Source of the DNA: an uncultured Clostridia bacterium
Lineage (GTDB): Bacteria > Bacillota > Clostridia > TANB77 > CAG-508
Direction: 5' to 3'
DNA: 40,000 nucleotides
Assembly: GCA_947628425.1 (NCBI GenBank)
Contig: CANQZV010000001.1
Location: 1 to 40,000, forward strand
Shown: piece by piece, positions 16,039 through 25,739 of the stretch
Layout: every line of letters starts with the position of its first letter
How positions within the stretch are numbered: the stretch's first letter is position 1
Notes under the pieces: model-generated
The model's input: only the letters and a program-made list of their open reading frames with translations
The model's database searches: none
Told to the model about the DNA's origin: nothing
Translations under genes and position numbers: made by a program

Positions 16039-17148
16039 TTGATTGATATAGAAGAAAATAAAAGAAAGTTATTTGAATTAACTAAAAAGGTAGAGGATAT
16101 ATGTAATTCTATAAATATAGATAAATTGGAGGAGAAGGCAATAAATTTAGAAAAAGAAACCTTAAAAGAAGGTTTTTGGAGTGAAATGAAAACATCAAAT
16201 TCAATTTTACAAGAATTAAAATTAATAAAATCTAGAATAAAAAAAATAGAGGAAATAAAAAAAATAATAACTAATATAGAAGATATTATTGAATTAATAG
16301 AATTAGAACAAAATGAGAACTTTGAAAAAGAATTTATAAAAGAAATAAATAACTTACAAAATTGTATTGATAAATTTGAAGTTCAAATGTTGTTATCAGA
16401 TAAATTTGATAAAAATAATGCAATAATTACATTACATCCTGGTGCAGGTGGAACAGAATCTCAAGACTGGGCCGAAATGTTATATAGAATGTATTCAAGA
16501 TGGGCTAATAAGAATAATTATAAAGTAAAAGAAATTGATTATTTAGAAGGTGACGAAGCTGGTTTAAAAAGTGTTACATTTCTAGTAGAAGGTGATTATG
16601 CATATGGTTATATGAAATCAGAACAGGGAGTACATCGTCTAGTTCGTATATCTCCTTTTGATGCAGGAGGAAGGAGGCATACTTCTTTTGCTTCTGTTGA
16701 AGTTTTACCAGAAATAACAGATGATATAGAGTTGGAAATAAACCCGTCAGATCTAAGAATAGATACTTATCGTTCATCTGGTGCAGGAGGCCAACATATA
16801 AATAAAACAGATTCAGCTGTTAGAATTACACATATCCCAACAGGAATTGTTACTACATGTCAATCAGAACGTTCACAGATTATGAATAGAGAAAGTGCAA
16901 TGAAGATGCTTAAATCTAAATTATTAGATTTAAAGGAAAAACAAAATAAAGAAAAAATAGAAGATTTAAAAGGAGATCAAAAAGAAATAGCATGGGGAAG
17001 CCAAATTCGATCTTATGTATTTTGCCCCTACACATTAGTAAAAGATCACAGAACAAATTATGAAACAGGCAATATAGAAGCAGTAATGAATGGGGAAATA
17101 GATAAATTTATGGAAATGTATTTAAGACAATATATAAAAAATAAGTAA
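16039..17148 (+). CDS. prfB: Peptide chain release factor 2, encoded in a single frame
   Basis: SPF tripeptide anticodon motif (RISPFDAGGRRHTSF) and GGQ motif (SSGAGGQHINKTDSAVRITH). TTG start behind aaggag. The N-terminal region is continuous with the body, so no +1 frameshift site is present. Confidence 0.93.
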   Translation: MIDIEENKRKLFELTKKVEDICNSINIDKLEEKAINLEKETLKEGFWSEMKTSNSILQELKLIKSRIKKIEEIKKIITNIEDIIELIELEQNENFEKEFIKEINNLQNCIDKFEVQMLLSDKFDKNNAIITLHPGAGGTESQDWAEMLYRMYSRWANKNNYKVKEIDYLEGDEAGLKSVTFLVEGDYAYGYMKSEQGVHRLVRISPFDAGGRRHTSFASVEVLPEITDDIELEINPSDLRIDTYRSSGAGGQHINKTDSAVRITHIPTGIVTTCQSERSQIMNRESAMKMLKSKLLDLKEKQNKEKIEDLKGDQKEIAWGSQIRSYVFCPYTLVKDHRTNYETGNIEAVMNGEIDKFMEMYLRQYIKNK

Positions 17149-17160
17149 TAATTAATATAA

Positions 17161-17198
17161 CAAAAGTGAACTTCTAATATCATCGAAGTTCACTTTTG
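17161..17198. terminator. Bidirectional terminator between prfB and mutS2
   Basis: Perfect 14-bp stem caaaagtgaacttc/gaagttcacttttg (17161-17174/17185-17198). Confidence 0.75.
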
Positions 17199-17218
17199 TT
17201 ATATTAAAAAAATTTTTA

Positions 17219-19589
17219 TTATTTTAAATATACAATTGTAACACCCATTTCACCTTCACCAAAAGTACCAAGTCTAAAATTCTTCACATGGGGATGTTTT
17301 TCTAGAAAAGCATGTATACCGTTTTTTTAACTTTCCAGTTCCTTTACCATGTATAATTCTTACTTGTTCCATATTTACTAAACTACAATTATCTAAAAAT
17401 TTATCAATAATGTATATAGCTTCATCAATTGTTAAACCAATAACATTTATTTCAGTAGATATATTTTTTTGTTTTAAATCTATCGTAGAAATTTTTGTTT
17501 CATTTTTATTATTTTCATTTTGCGAATTGTCTAAACTTAAATTATCAATAGAAATATTTAGCTTTGTATTACCAACTTGAACCTGAACTTTGTTATTTTT
17601 TGCTTGCCCAATAACAACACCTTTTTGATTTAAACTATTAATAATAATTTTTGTTCCTTTTTGTATATTAGATGAAGATAAAGAGGATAAAGTATTTTCA
17701 TCATTTTTAAAGTTACTCAAACTTTTAATAGATTTATTTAAATTGTTTCTTAAATTATTTAAGTTTTTTATTGAATCTGAAGAATGAATATTATTAAATT
17801 CATTCATCTTTTTTATAATATTTGTTGCTTCATCTTTTGCTTCTAGAAGAATATTACGAGCTTCAATTTTAGCGTTTTCTATTATTTCTTTTTCTTTATT
17901 TTTTAAATTTGAATTATCTTTTTGTAATTCTTTTTTTAAATTTTCTATCTTTTTGGAATTTTCTTCTATTTTTATTTTTTCTAAATTAATTTGCTTTTGA
18001 GTATCGTAAATATTTTTTAAAACATCTTCTATTTTAATATCGGTTGAATTAATTAGAGAAATTGCTTTATCTAGTATAGAAGTTTTTAATCCTAATTTTT
18101 TTGAAATTGCAAATGCATTACTTTTACCAGGTACTCCTAAAATAATATGATATGTTGGCTGTAAATTTTCAATGTCAAACTCTGCACTTGCATTCATATA
18201 ACCTTTATGTGTTAATGCATAATTTTTTATTTCTTGATAATGTGTAGTAGAAATACATAAACTACCTAGATTATTAAAAAACTCTAAAATACTAATAGCC
18301 AAAGAACTGCCCTCAATAGGGTCAGTTCCAGAACCTAATTCGTCTAATAATATTAAGCTTTGATTAGTTGCATTATTTGTAATTTCTACAATTTTTTTCA
18401 TGTGAGAAGAAAAAGTGCTTAATGATTCAGATATACTTTGCTCATCCCCAATATCTGCAAATATATTATCGAAAACATAAATGCTACTATCTTCATGAGC
18501 TGGAATCATGAGTCCACTATATGCCATTAAATGCAAAAGCCCAATTGTTTTTAAAGTAACAGTTTTTCCACCAGTATTTGGTCCTGTAATAACTAATGTA
18601 GAATAAGATTCTCCCAAAGATATATCAATAGGGATTACACTTGATTTATCAATAAGTGGATGTCTGGCTTGTATTAAATTAAATGTTTTATTATTACTAA
18701 TAATTGGAGATATTGCATTTATTTCTTTAGCATATTTTGCTTTTGCAAATATAAAATCTATTAGTCCTAAAAGACGTACATTATTTTCCAATTCATCTAA
18801 TATTGTAATAAGTTTATTTGATAAAATTGAAAGAATTTTTTCAATTTCAATATTCTCTTTTATTTTTAGGGTATTCATTTCGTTATTCATATCGAAAATA
18901 GATGTAGGTTCAATAAAAACAGTAGAACCACTAGAAGATATATCATGAATGAAACCATTAATGTTACTTTTAAATTCTTCTTTTACAGGAATAACAAAAC
19001 GATTATCTCTAATAGTAATAATATTATCCATTAAATACTTAGAATAAGTAGGAGAATGAATAAAATGGTTTAATTTATCTTTAATATTTTGCTCTAAAAC
19101 TTTTTTAGATTTTCTAATTTCATAAAGTGTAGTAGAAGCTTTATCATCAATTGTATTTTCATCTATTATTTTTAAAAATATATCTTTTTCTAAACTTAAG
19201 TTTGAATATAAATTATCAAAAAATGACTTAATTGCATAAAAATTTAACTCATTATTTTTATTAATATCATTAAAAAATAATAAAAGTTCTCTAGACATTT
19301 TTAGTATTTGAGCTATATCCAAAAGTTCTTTAGCAGATAAAATATTATTACTAGAAAGCTTTTTTAAATGAAGAGATACATTATTAAAATTTTCAATTGG
19401 AGGATTTCCATATTTATAAAGTATTTGAAATGCCTGATTTGTTTGAAGTAGTAAATTGCTAACAGTATTAACATCAAATGAAGGTGTTAAGTCTAACGCA
19501 AATTGTTTTCCAATATATGTTTTGGTATAGTTACTTAATATTTCTAAAATATTATAATATTCTAATTTTTCTAAATAGTTATTTTTCAT
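17219..19589 (-). pseudogene. mutS2: Endonuclease MutS2 with a 1-nt frameshift in the C-terminal Smr domain
   Basis: Walker A ITGPNTGGKTVTLKT and a long coiled region. The Smr domain RIIHGKGTGKLK then shifts out of frame. Dropping one base of the T7 run (17322-17328) restores ...GKLKNGIHAFLEKHPHVKNFRLGTFGEGEMGVTIVYLK, with the stop at 17219-17221. The likely start is ATG 19589, behind GGAGG. Confidence 0.85.
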
Positions 19590-19787
19590 AGAAACCTCCA
19601 TTAAAGAAATTATGAAATTTATATCTTAAAGTATTTAATAGATATATTATACAATTTTTTGAATGTTTAATCAATAGTTTCTTACTCCAAATACTTGCGT
19701 TTAGGTTATTGGGTATTTATTTTAAATTCAATTATTTTATAGATTAATTGTAATTAATTTATATATATAATAATTAGAAAATAATGC

Positions 19788-19816
19788 TTGCAAAATAATT
19801 ATGAATAATGTAAAAT
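19788..19816 (+). promoter_or_regulatory. Candidate promoter for folD
   Basis: TTGCAA (19788-19793), 17-nt spacer, TAAAAT (19811-19816). Confidence 0.45.
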
Positions 19817-19840
19817 AGAAAATAAAAAAAGGAGAAAAAA

Positions 19841-20680
19841 ATGGCAGAATTAATTAATGGAAAAGAGTTAGCAAAAAAAATAAGAGAAGGTTTAAAGGAT
19901 GAAGTTCAAGAACTAAAGCAAGCAGAGATATATCCAAAATTAGCGGTAATTATGGTAGGAGATGATAAAGCATCTAAAATATACGTTAGAAATAAAAGTA
20001 AAGCATGTGAGGATGTAGGAATTGAATATGAAGAATATCTATTACCGGAAAAAACAACAATGAAAGAATTATTAGATTTAATAGAAAAATTAAATAATGA
20101 TGAAACAATACATGGAATATTAGTACAAAGTCCATTACCAAATGGATTAGATGCTAATGAAGCATTTAGAACAATTTCACCTAAAAAAGATGTAGATGGA
20201 TTTAATCCAATTAATGTTGGAAAACTAAGCCTAAATCAAGACTGCTTTGTATCATGTACACCATATGGAATAATAAAAATGTTAGAAAACTATAATATTC
20301 CAATTGAAGGAGCACATGCAGTTATTGTAGGAAGAAGTAATATAGTAGGAAAGCCACTTGCAAAGTGTTTATTAAATAAAAATGCTACAGTAACGGTATG
20401 TCACTCAAAAACAAAAAATTTACAAGATATTACAAAACAAGCAGATATATTAATAGCAGCAGTTGGTAAACCAAAATTTATTACAGCAGATATGGTTAAA
20501 AATAATGCAGCAGTTATAGATGTTGGAATTAATAGAACAGAAGAAGGACTAATAGGTGATGTTGATTTTGAAGATGTTGAAAAGAAAGCATCATATATAA
20601 CACCTGTACCAGGTGGAGTTGGACCAATGACAATTGCAATGTTAATGAATAATGTTGTAAAATCAGCCAAACAACAATAA
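19841..20680 (+). CDS. folD: Bifunctional methylenetetrahydrofolate dehydrogenase/cyclohydrolase FolD
   Basis: MAELINGKELAKKIRE..., VGDDKASKIYVRNK, VIVGRSNIVGKPLA and PVPGGVGPMTIAMLMNN are typical FolD motifs. Confidence 0.93.
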   Translation: MAELINGKELAKKIREGLKDEVQELKQAEIYPKLAVIMVGDDKASKIYVRNKSKACEDVGIEYEEYLLPEKTTMKELLDLIEKLNNDETIHGILVQSPLPNGLDANEAFRTISPKKDVDGFNPINVGKLSLNQDCFVSCTPYGIIKMLENYNIPIEGAHAVIVGRSNIVGKPLAKCLLNKNATVTVCHSKTKNLQDITKQADILIAAVGKPKFITADMVKNNAAVIDVGINRTEEGLIGDVDFEDVEKKASYITPVPGGVGPMTIAMLMNNVVKSAKQQ

Positions 20681-20702
20681 AATATAAGGGGGAATAAAAA
20701 GG

Positions 20703-20730
20703 GAGCGTAAACACAAATACGCTCTTTTTA
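20703..20730 (+). terminator. Rho-independent terminator after folD
   Basis: Stem gagcgta/tacgctc (20703-20709/20718-20724) followed by ttttta. Confidence 0.7.
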
Positions 20731-20804
20731 TTTAATGAAAAATTACTCATAAATTTTATTTTTAATTTTATAGAAAAATTATATAAAAAGGAATTATTGT
20801 AAAT

Positions 20805-21461
20805 ATGAAATATAAAGTTATTAAAATTAATATAAATAGCAAATGGTATCCAGAAAAATTGAGAAACATAAGTAGTCCTCCTAAGCAATTATATTGCCTA
20901 GGAAATATAGAATTATTAAATTCTAAAAGTATTGCTATCATTGGTTCTAGAAACTACAGTAATTATGGAAAAAGAGTATGCAGAGAGTTTTCATCTAATT
21001 TAGCAAAAAATAATATTTGTATTATTAGTGGTTTGGCTAGAGGAATTGACTCCTTTTCACATATGGCGTGTTTAGAGTCAAGTGGTAATACAATAGCTGT
21101 TTTGGGTAGTGGACTTAATATTATATATCCTAAAGAAAATGAAGAGTTATTTAATAAAATTATAAAAAATAATGGTTTAATATTAAGTGAATATCCATTA
21201 GATACAGAACCAGCAAAACAAAATTTTCCAGCAAGAAATAGAATTATTAGTGGACTAAGTGATGGTGTATTAGTAATTGAAGCAAGAAAAAGAAGTGGTA
21301 CTAATATAACTGTAGAATTTGCATTAAACCAAGGAAAAGATGTTTTTGTTATACCAGGTAATATCTACTCCAAAACAAGTGATGGTACAAATTTTTTAAT
21401 AAAAGAAGGAGCTATACCAGTAACTTCATATGAAGATATATTGCAATATATGGAATTTTAG
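20805..21461 (+). CDS. dprA: DNA-processing protein DprA/Smf, short form (Rossmann-like core only)
   Basis: YPEKLRNISSPPKQLYCLGN, IAIIGSRNYSNYG, ISGLARGIDSFSH, FPARNRIISGLSDGVLVIEA and SGTNITVEFALNQGKDVFVIPG are DprA motifs. At 218 aa it has no N-terminal SAM-like or C-terminal winged-helix extension. Confidence 0.8.
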   Translation: MKYKVIKININSKWYPEKLRNISSPPKQLYCLGNIELLNSKSIAIIGSRNYSNYGKRVCREFSSNLAKNNICIISGLARGIDSFSHMACLESSGNTIAVLGSGLNIIYPKENEELFNKIIKNNGLILSEYPLDTEPAKQNFPARNRIISGLSDGVLVIEARKRSGTNITVEFALNQGKDVFVIPGNIYSKTSDGTNFLIKEGAIPVTSYEDILQYMEF

Positions 21462-21483
21462 ACATAAAAATTTATTAAAATAC

Positions 21484-21512
21484 TTGATTTTTGTTATAAT
21501 ATATAGTAAAAT
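21484..21512 (+). promoter_or_regulatory. Candidate promoter for rpsO
   Basis: TTGATT-17-TAAAAT. An overlapping alternative is the extended -10 tgttataat at 21492-21500. Confidence 0.4.
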
Positions 21513-21607
21513 ATCATTATTAATAAAAGTTACCTTATACTTAGCTTAAAGAGCTTACACCGCTTAAGTTCAGTTTAAGGCATATAAGAATATAGGAGGT
21601 GTTTTAA

Positions 21608-21871
21608 ATGACAAAGGAAAAAAAACAAGAAATAATTTCTACTTATAAAAGAGATGAAAAAGATACAGGTTCTTCAGAAGTTCAAATAGCTTTATTAACA
21701 GAAAGAATTACAGAACTTACAGAACATCTTAAAGTTCATACTCATGATAACCATTCTAGAAGGGGTCTTTTAAAAATGGTTGGTAAAAGAAGAAATTTAT
21801 TAAACTATTTAGCAAAAACAGATATTCAAAGATATAGAGATATAGTTGATAAATTAGGATTAAGAAAATAA
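21608..21871 (+). CDS. rpsO: 30S ribosomal protein S15
   Basis: RBS aggaggtg. [48 protein letters not shown] matches S15. Confidence 0.95.
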   Translation: MTKEKKQEIISTYKRDEKDTGSSEVQIALLTERITELTEHLKVHTHDNHSRRGLLKMVGKRRNLLNYLAKTDIQRYRDIVDKLGLRK

Positions 21872-21876
21872 TCTAT

Positions 21877-21912
21877 TATATAGGGCGCTTGAATAATTCA
21901 ATCGTCCTATAT
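21877..21912 (+). other. rpsO-pnp intergenic stem-loop (partial terminator or processing hairpin)
   Basis: tatatagggcgcttgaat/attcaatcgtcctatat forms a long imperfect hairpin with one G-U pair. It lacks a clean U-tract, which would permit read-through into pnp. Confidence 0.45.
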
Positions 21913-22062
21913 TGCGTTATTAATATTTATCATATTTATTAGAGGTAGCTTATATAATGTGTTTTTAATTAAAATAAGTATTTAACATTAAAAATATATT
22001 ATAAAGGTTACAATCTAATACATGATAAATTTAAAAATTCATTTAAAGGAGAGAAAAAATTT

Positions 22063-24210
22063 ATGTTTAAAACTTATGAAATGGAATTAGCAGGAAGGAA
22101 GCTTGTTATTGAAACAGGAAAAATAGCCAATTTAGCTAATGGCAGTGTTGTTGTTAAATATGGGGATACAGTTGTTATGGTAAATGTTACAGCATCTAAA
22201 GAGCCAAGAGAAGGAATAGATTTCTTTCCACTATCAGTAGATTATGAAGAAAAACTATATGCTGTTGGAAAAATACCAGGAAGTTTTCAAAAAAGAGAGG
22301 GTAAACCAGCAGATAAAGCAATTTTAACATCAAGAGCTATAGATAGGCCTTTAAGACCTTTATTTCCAAAAGATTTTAGAAATGATGTATGTATTGTCGC
22401 AACTGCATTATCTGTAGAACAAGATAATTCACCAGAGGTTGCAGCAATGATAGGTGCATCAGCAGCACTTTCAATATCTGATATTCCTTTTGGAGGACCA
22501 ACAGCTGCTGTTAATGTTGGTTATGTTGATGGAAACATTATTATTAATCCTACACAAGAGCAAAGAGAACATAGTGATTTAACTTTAACTGTTGCAGGTA
22601 CAATAGATAAAATTGCTATGATTGAAGCTGGAGCAAATGAAATTCCAGAAGATATAATGTTAGAAGCAATAAAACAAGCACATGTTGAAATAAAAAAGGT
22701 ATGTACTTTTATTTCAAATATTAAAGAAGAAATTGGAAAACCAAAATTCGAATATAAATCTTTTGCAGTAGATATGAATGTATATAATGAAATAGAAGCT
22801 GAATTTAAAGATAGAATGTACAAAGATGTACAAGCTCAAGATAAAATTGATAGAGATGTTGCTATAGATAAAATTTCAGAAGACATTATTGATTTTTACA
22901 CAGAAAAACATGGTGAAGAAGAAACAATAGAAAAAATGAGTGATATTAAAGAAAGTATTCATGATTTAGAAAAAAAATGTGTCAGAGAAATGATACTTGA
23001 ACATCATATTAGACCTGATGGAAGAAAAATAGATGAAATAAGACCTTTGTCTTGCGAAGTTGCTGTTCTTCCTAGAGTACATGGTAGTGCAATTTTTACA
23101 AGAGGTAGAACTCAAGTAATGTCTATTGCAACATTAGGAATGAAAAGTGAAGAACAAATATTAGACGGAATTGATGAAGAAGAAGCAAAAAGATACATGC
23201 ACCATTATAATTTTCCAGCATATAGTGTAGGAGAAGCAAGACCATCTCGTGGACCAGGAAGAAGAGAAGTAGGACATGGAGCACTAGCTGAAAAAGCATT
23301 AGTTCCTGTACTTCCATCTGAAGATGAATTTCCATATGCTATTAGAGTTGTATCAGAAGTATTAAGTTCTAATGGTTCAACATCTCAGGCAAGTATTTGT
23401 GGTAGTACACTTGCTTTAATGGATGCAGGTGTTCCAATAAAAGCTCCAGTTGCAGGTATTTCAACAGGATTGGTTACAGATAAAGAAAATCCAAATAGAT
23501 ATGTAATGATTACAGATATTCAAGGTTTAGAAGATTTCTTTGGAGATATGGATTTTAAAGTAGGTGGAACACATAAAGGAATTACTGCAATACAAGTTGA
23601 TATTAAAATAGATGGCTTAACATATGATATTATTGCAGAAGCATTTGAAAGAACTAAAAATGCAAGAAAATATATATTGGATGAAATTATGTTAAAGCAA
23701 ATTGCAGAACCTAGAAAAGAAATTTCTAAGTATGCTCCAAGTATACAAAAAACAACTATAAAAGTAGACAAAATAAAAGATGTAATTGGTCCTGGTGGAA
23801 AAATGATAAACAAAATAATAGCTGAAACAGGAGTAAAAATTGACATAGAAGATGATGGTAGAGTATTCATATATTCAACAGATTTAGAAGCAGGAAAAAA
23901 AGCATTAGCAATGATTCAAGATATTGTTAGAGAAATTGAAGTTGATGGAGTTTATGAAGGAACAGTAACAAGAATTATGCCATTTGGAGCTTTCGTAGAT
24001 GTTGGTTCTGGTAAGGAAGGATTACTTCACATTTCAAAAATATCAAAAGAAAGAATTGAAAATATTGACAAAGTATTAAAAATTGGAGATGTTGTTACTG
24101 TAAAAGTATATGAAATAGATGATCAAGGAAGAATTAACTTAATTACAAAAGAATTAGATGATATAAAGCAACAAGAGAAAAAGGCAAAACAAGAAAAAAA
24201 TGAAGATTAG
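22063..24210 (+). CDS. pnp: Polyribonucleotide nucleotidyltransferase (PNPase)
   Basis: Two RNase PH-like domains (FFPLSVDYEEKLYAVGKIPGSF; RREVGHGALAEKAL), a KH domain (IKDVIGPGGKMINKI) and a C-terminal S1 domain (GTVTRIMPFGAFVDV). Confidence 0.95.
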   Translation: MFKTYEMELAGRKLVIETGKIANLANGSVVVKYGDTVVMVNVTASKEPREGIDFFPLSVDYEEKLYAVGKIPGSFQKREGKPADKAILTSRAIDRPLRPLFPKDFRNDVCIVATALSVEQDNSPEVAAMIGASAALSISDIPFGGPTAAVNVGYVDGNIIINPTQEQREHSDLTLTVAGTIDKIAMIEAGANEIPEDIMLEAIKQAHVEIKKVCTFISNIKEEIGKPKFEYKSFAVDMNVYNEIEAEFKDRMYKDVQAQDKIDRDVAIDKISEDIIDFYTEKHGEEETIEKMSDIKESIHDLEKKCVREMILEHHIRPDGRKIDEIRPLSCEVAVLPRVHGSAIFTRGRTQVMSIATLGMKSEEQILDGIDEEEAKRYMHHYNFPAYSVGEARPSRGPGRREVGHGALAEKALVPVLPSEDEFPYAIRVVSEVLSSNGSTSQASICGSTLALMDAGVPIKAPVAGISTGLVTDKENPNRYVMITDIQGLEDFFGDMDFKVGGTHKGITAIQVDIKIDGLTYDIIAEAFERTKNARKYILDEIMLKQIAEPRKEISKYAPSIQKTTIKVDKIKDVIGPGGKMINKIIAETGVKIDIEDDGRVFIYSTDLEAGKKALAMIQDIVREIEVDGVYEGTVTRIMPFGAFVDVGSGKEGLLHISKISKERIENIDKVLKIGDVVTVKVYEIDDQGRINLITKELDDIKQQEKKAKQEKNED

Positions 24211-24240
24211 ATATTTTTAAAATTACAATTATTAAAAAAT

Positions 24241-24269
24241 TTGCAAAAAAATTACAATTATAGTATAAT
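24241..24269 (+). promoter_or_regulatory. Near-consensus promoter for the GT2 gene
   Basis: TTGCAA (24241-24246), 17-nt spacer, TATAAT (24264-24269). Confidence 0.55.
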
Positions 24270-24327
24270 AGAAAAGTACGAACAATATTATTAAATATAT
24301 AATAATATAGTTGAAAGGAAGAAAAAA

Positions 24328-25575
24328 ATGGAATTTTTATATATACTACAAGAAGTATTAATATGGACTACTACAATTTTTTGGTTTTATCAATTTTTTA
24401 TTAGCATATGTTCTTTTATAAATTTTAAAGAAAAACCTATAATAGAAGAAAAAACAAATCGTTTTATGGCAATAATTCCTGCACATAATGAAGAAAAAGT
24501 AATAGAGAATTTAATTTTAAGCTTAAAGAAGCAAGATTATCCAAAAGAAGCTTATGATATTTTTGTAATTGCAGATAATTGTACAGATAATACTGCAAAA
24601 ATTTCAAAAAATGCTGGAGCAATTGTTTATGAAAGATTTGACTCAAGAAATAAAACGAAAGGAGCCGCACTTAACTGGTTTTTAGCACAAAAAATTGAAG
24701 AAGATGCTCCATATGATGCATTTTGTATATTTGATGCAGATAATATTGTTGATATTAATTTTCTAAAAAATATGAATATAAAATTATGCCAGGGAGAAAC
24801 TGTTGTCCAAGGATATAGAGATATTAAAAATCCAACAGATAGCTGGGTTACAGCAGGATATGCAATCTTTTATTGGACTATGAATAGATTTTATCATTTA
24901 GCAAGATATAACTTGGGATTATCTCCGTTAATTAACGGTACAGGTTTTATGGTTAAATTTGACCAAATAAAACCTGATGGATGGAATACAAAAACATTAA
25001 CAGAAGATATTGAATTTTCTTTAAAACAAATTATAAAAGGCAAAAAACTAGGATGGGCAAAAGATGCTATTGTATATGATGAGCAACCAGTTGATTTTAA
25101 ACAATCATGGTCTCAACGTTCAAGATGGACAGTAGGTCATATTCAATGTATGAATCAATACACTAAAGATTTAGCATTAGCAGTTAAAAAGAATAAAACT
25201 GTTATGAATTTTGATGGTTTATTGTATATTATAGGAAGTATACCAATGTTTATTGCTACTTTAGCATTATTATTAGTTAATGCAATATTATATTTCGGAC
25301 ATGGTTTATCAGCAATTGATTTAATAAATAGTTATATTAGATATATTATACCTACATTTATAGTACCAATTTTTACAGCTATTATAATTATGAAGTTAGA
25401 AAATAAAAAGATAAAACCAATGGCAAAAGGGTTGCTTTTCTATCCATTATTTTTAGCTTCTTGGCTTGCTATAAATTTTAAATGTTTATTTAAACGAGAC
25501 ATAAAATGGGAAAAAATACAGCATGTTAGAAATATAAAAATTAACGAATTAGAAAATGTAGAAGAACAGTTTTAA
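24328..25575 (+). CDS. Membrane-embedded processive family-2 glycosyltransferase (IcaA/PgaC/cellulose-synthase-like)
   Basis: N-terminal TM segment. GT-A core AIIPAHNEEKVI, IFDADN and TEDIEFSL, then the processive-enzyme motif QRSRW, followed by several C-terminal TM helices. Confidence 0.8.
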   Translation: MEFLYILQEVLIWTTTIFWFYQFFISICSFINFKEKPIIEEKTNRFMAIIPAHNEEKVIENLILSLKKQDYPKEAYDIFVIADNCTDNTAKISKNAGAIVYERFDSRNKTKGAALNWFLAQKIEEDAPYDAFCIFDADNIVDINFLKNMNIKLCQGETVVQGYRDIKNPTDSWVTAGYAIFYWTMNRFYHLARYNLGLSPLINGTGFMVKFDQIKPDGWNTKTLTEDIEFSLKQIIKGKKLGWAKDAIVYDEQPVDFKQSWSQRSRWTVGHIQCMNQYTKDLALAVKKNKTVMNFDGLLYIIGSIPMFIATLALLLVNAILYFGHGLSAIDLINSYIRYIIPTFIVPIFTAIIIMKLENKKIKPMAKGLLFYPLFLASWLAINFKCLFKRDIKWEKIQHVRNIKINELENVEEQF

Positions 25576-25593
25576 TTTAAAATAAATATTAAT

Positions 25594-25626
25594 AAAAAGG
25601 GGCACATTAAATATGTGTCCTTTATT
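25594..25626 (+). terminator. Rho-independent terminator after the GT2 gene
   Basis: aaaaaggggcacat / atgtgtccttt hairpin with two G-U pairs, followed by tttatt. Confidence 0.5.
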
Positions 25627-25668
25627 ATAATAAAGTAAATTATATAAAATGTAATTTAGTTGGGTTAC

Positions 25669-25697
25669 TTGACAAATTAATTTAATATAATTAAAAT
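25669..25697 (+). promoter_or_regulatory. Candidate promoter for the tmk-like/gtrA/GT2 unit
   Basis: TTGACA (25669-25674), 17-nt spacer, TAAAAT (25692-25697). Confidence 0.5.
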
Positions 25698-25739
25698 AGT
25701 AGTATAAAATAAATATTTGTGTAAAAAAAGGAGAAAAAT

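Noticed and set aside
21462-21607. Structured rpsO leader as an S15 autoregulatory element.
   Set aside because: Only short (5-bp) pairings around gcttaag repeats could be drawn by eye. That is not enough to assert the three-way-junction or pseudoknot mimic, and covariance analysis would be needed.
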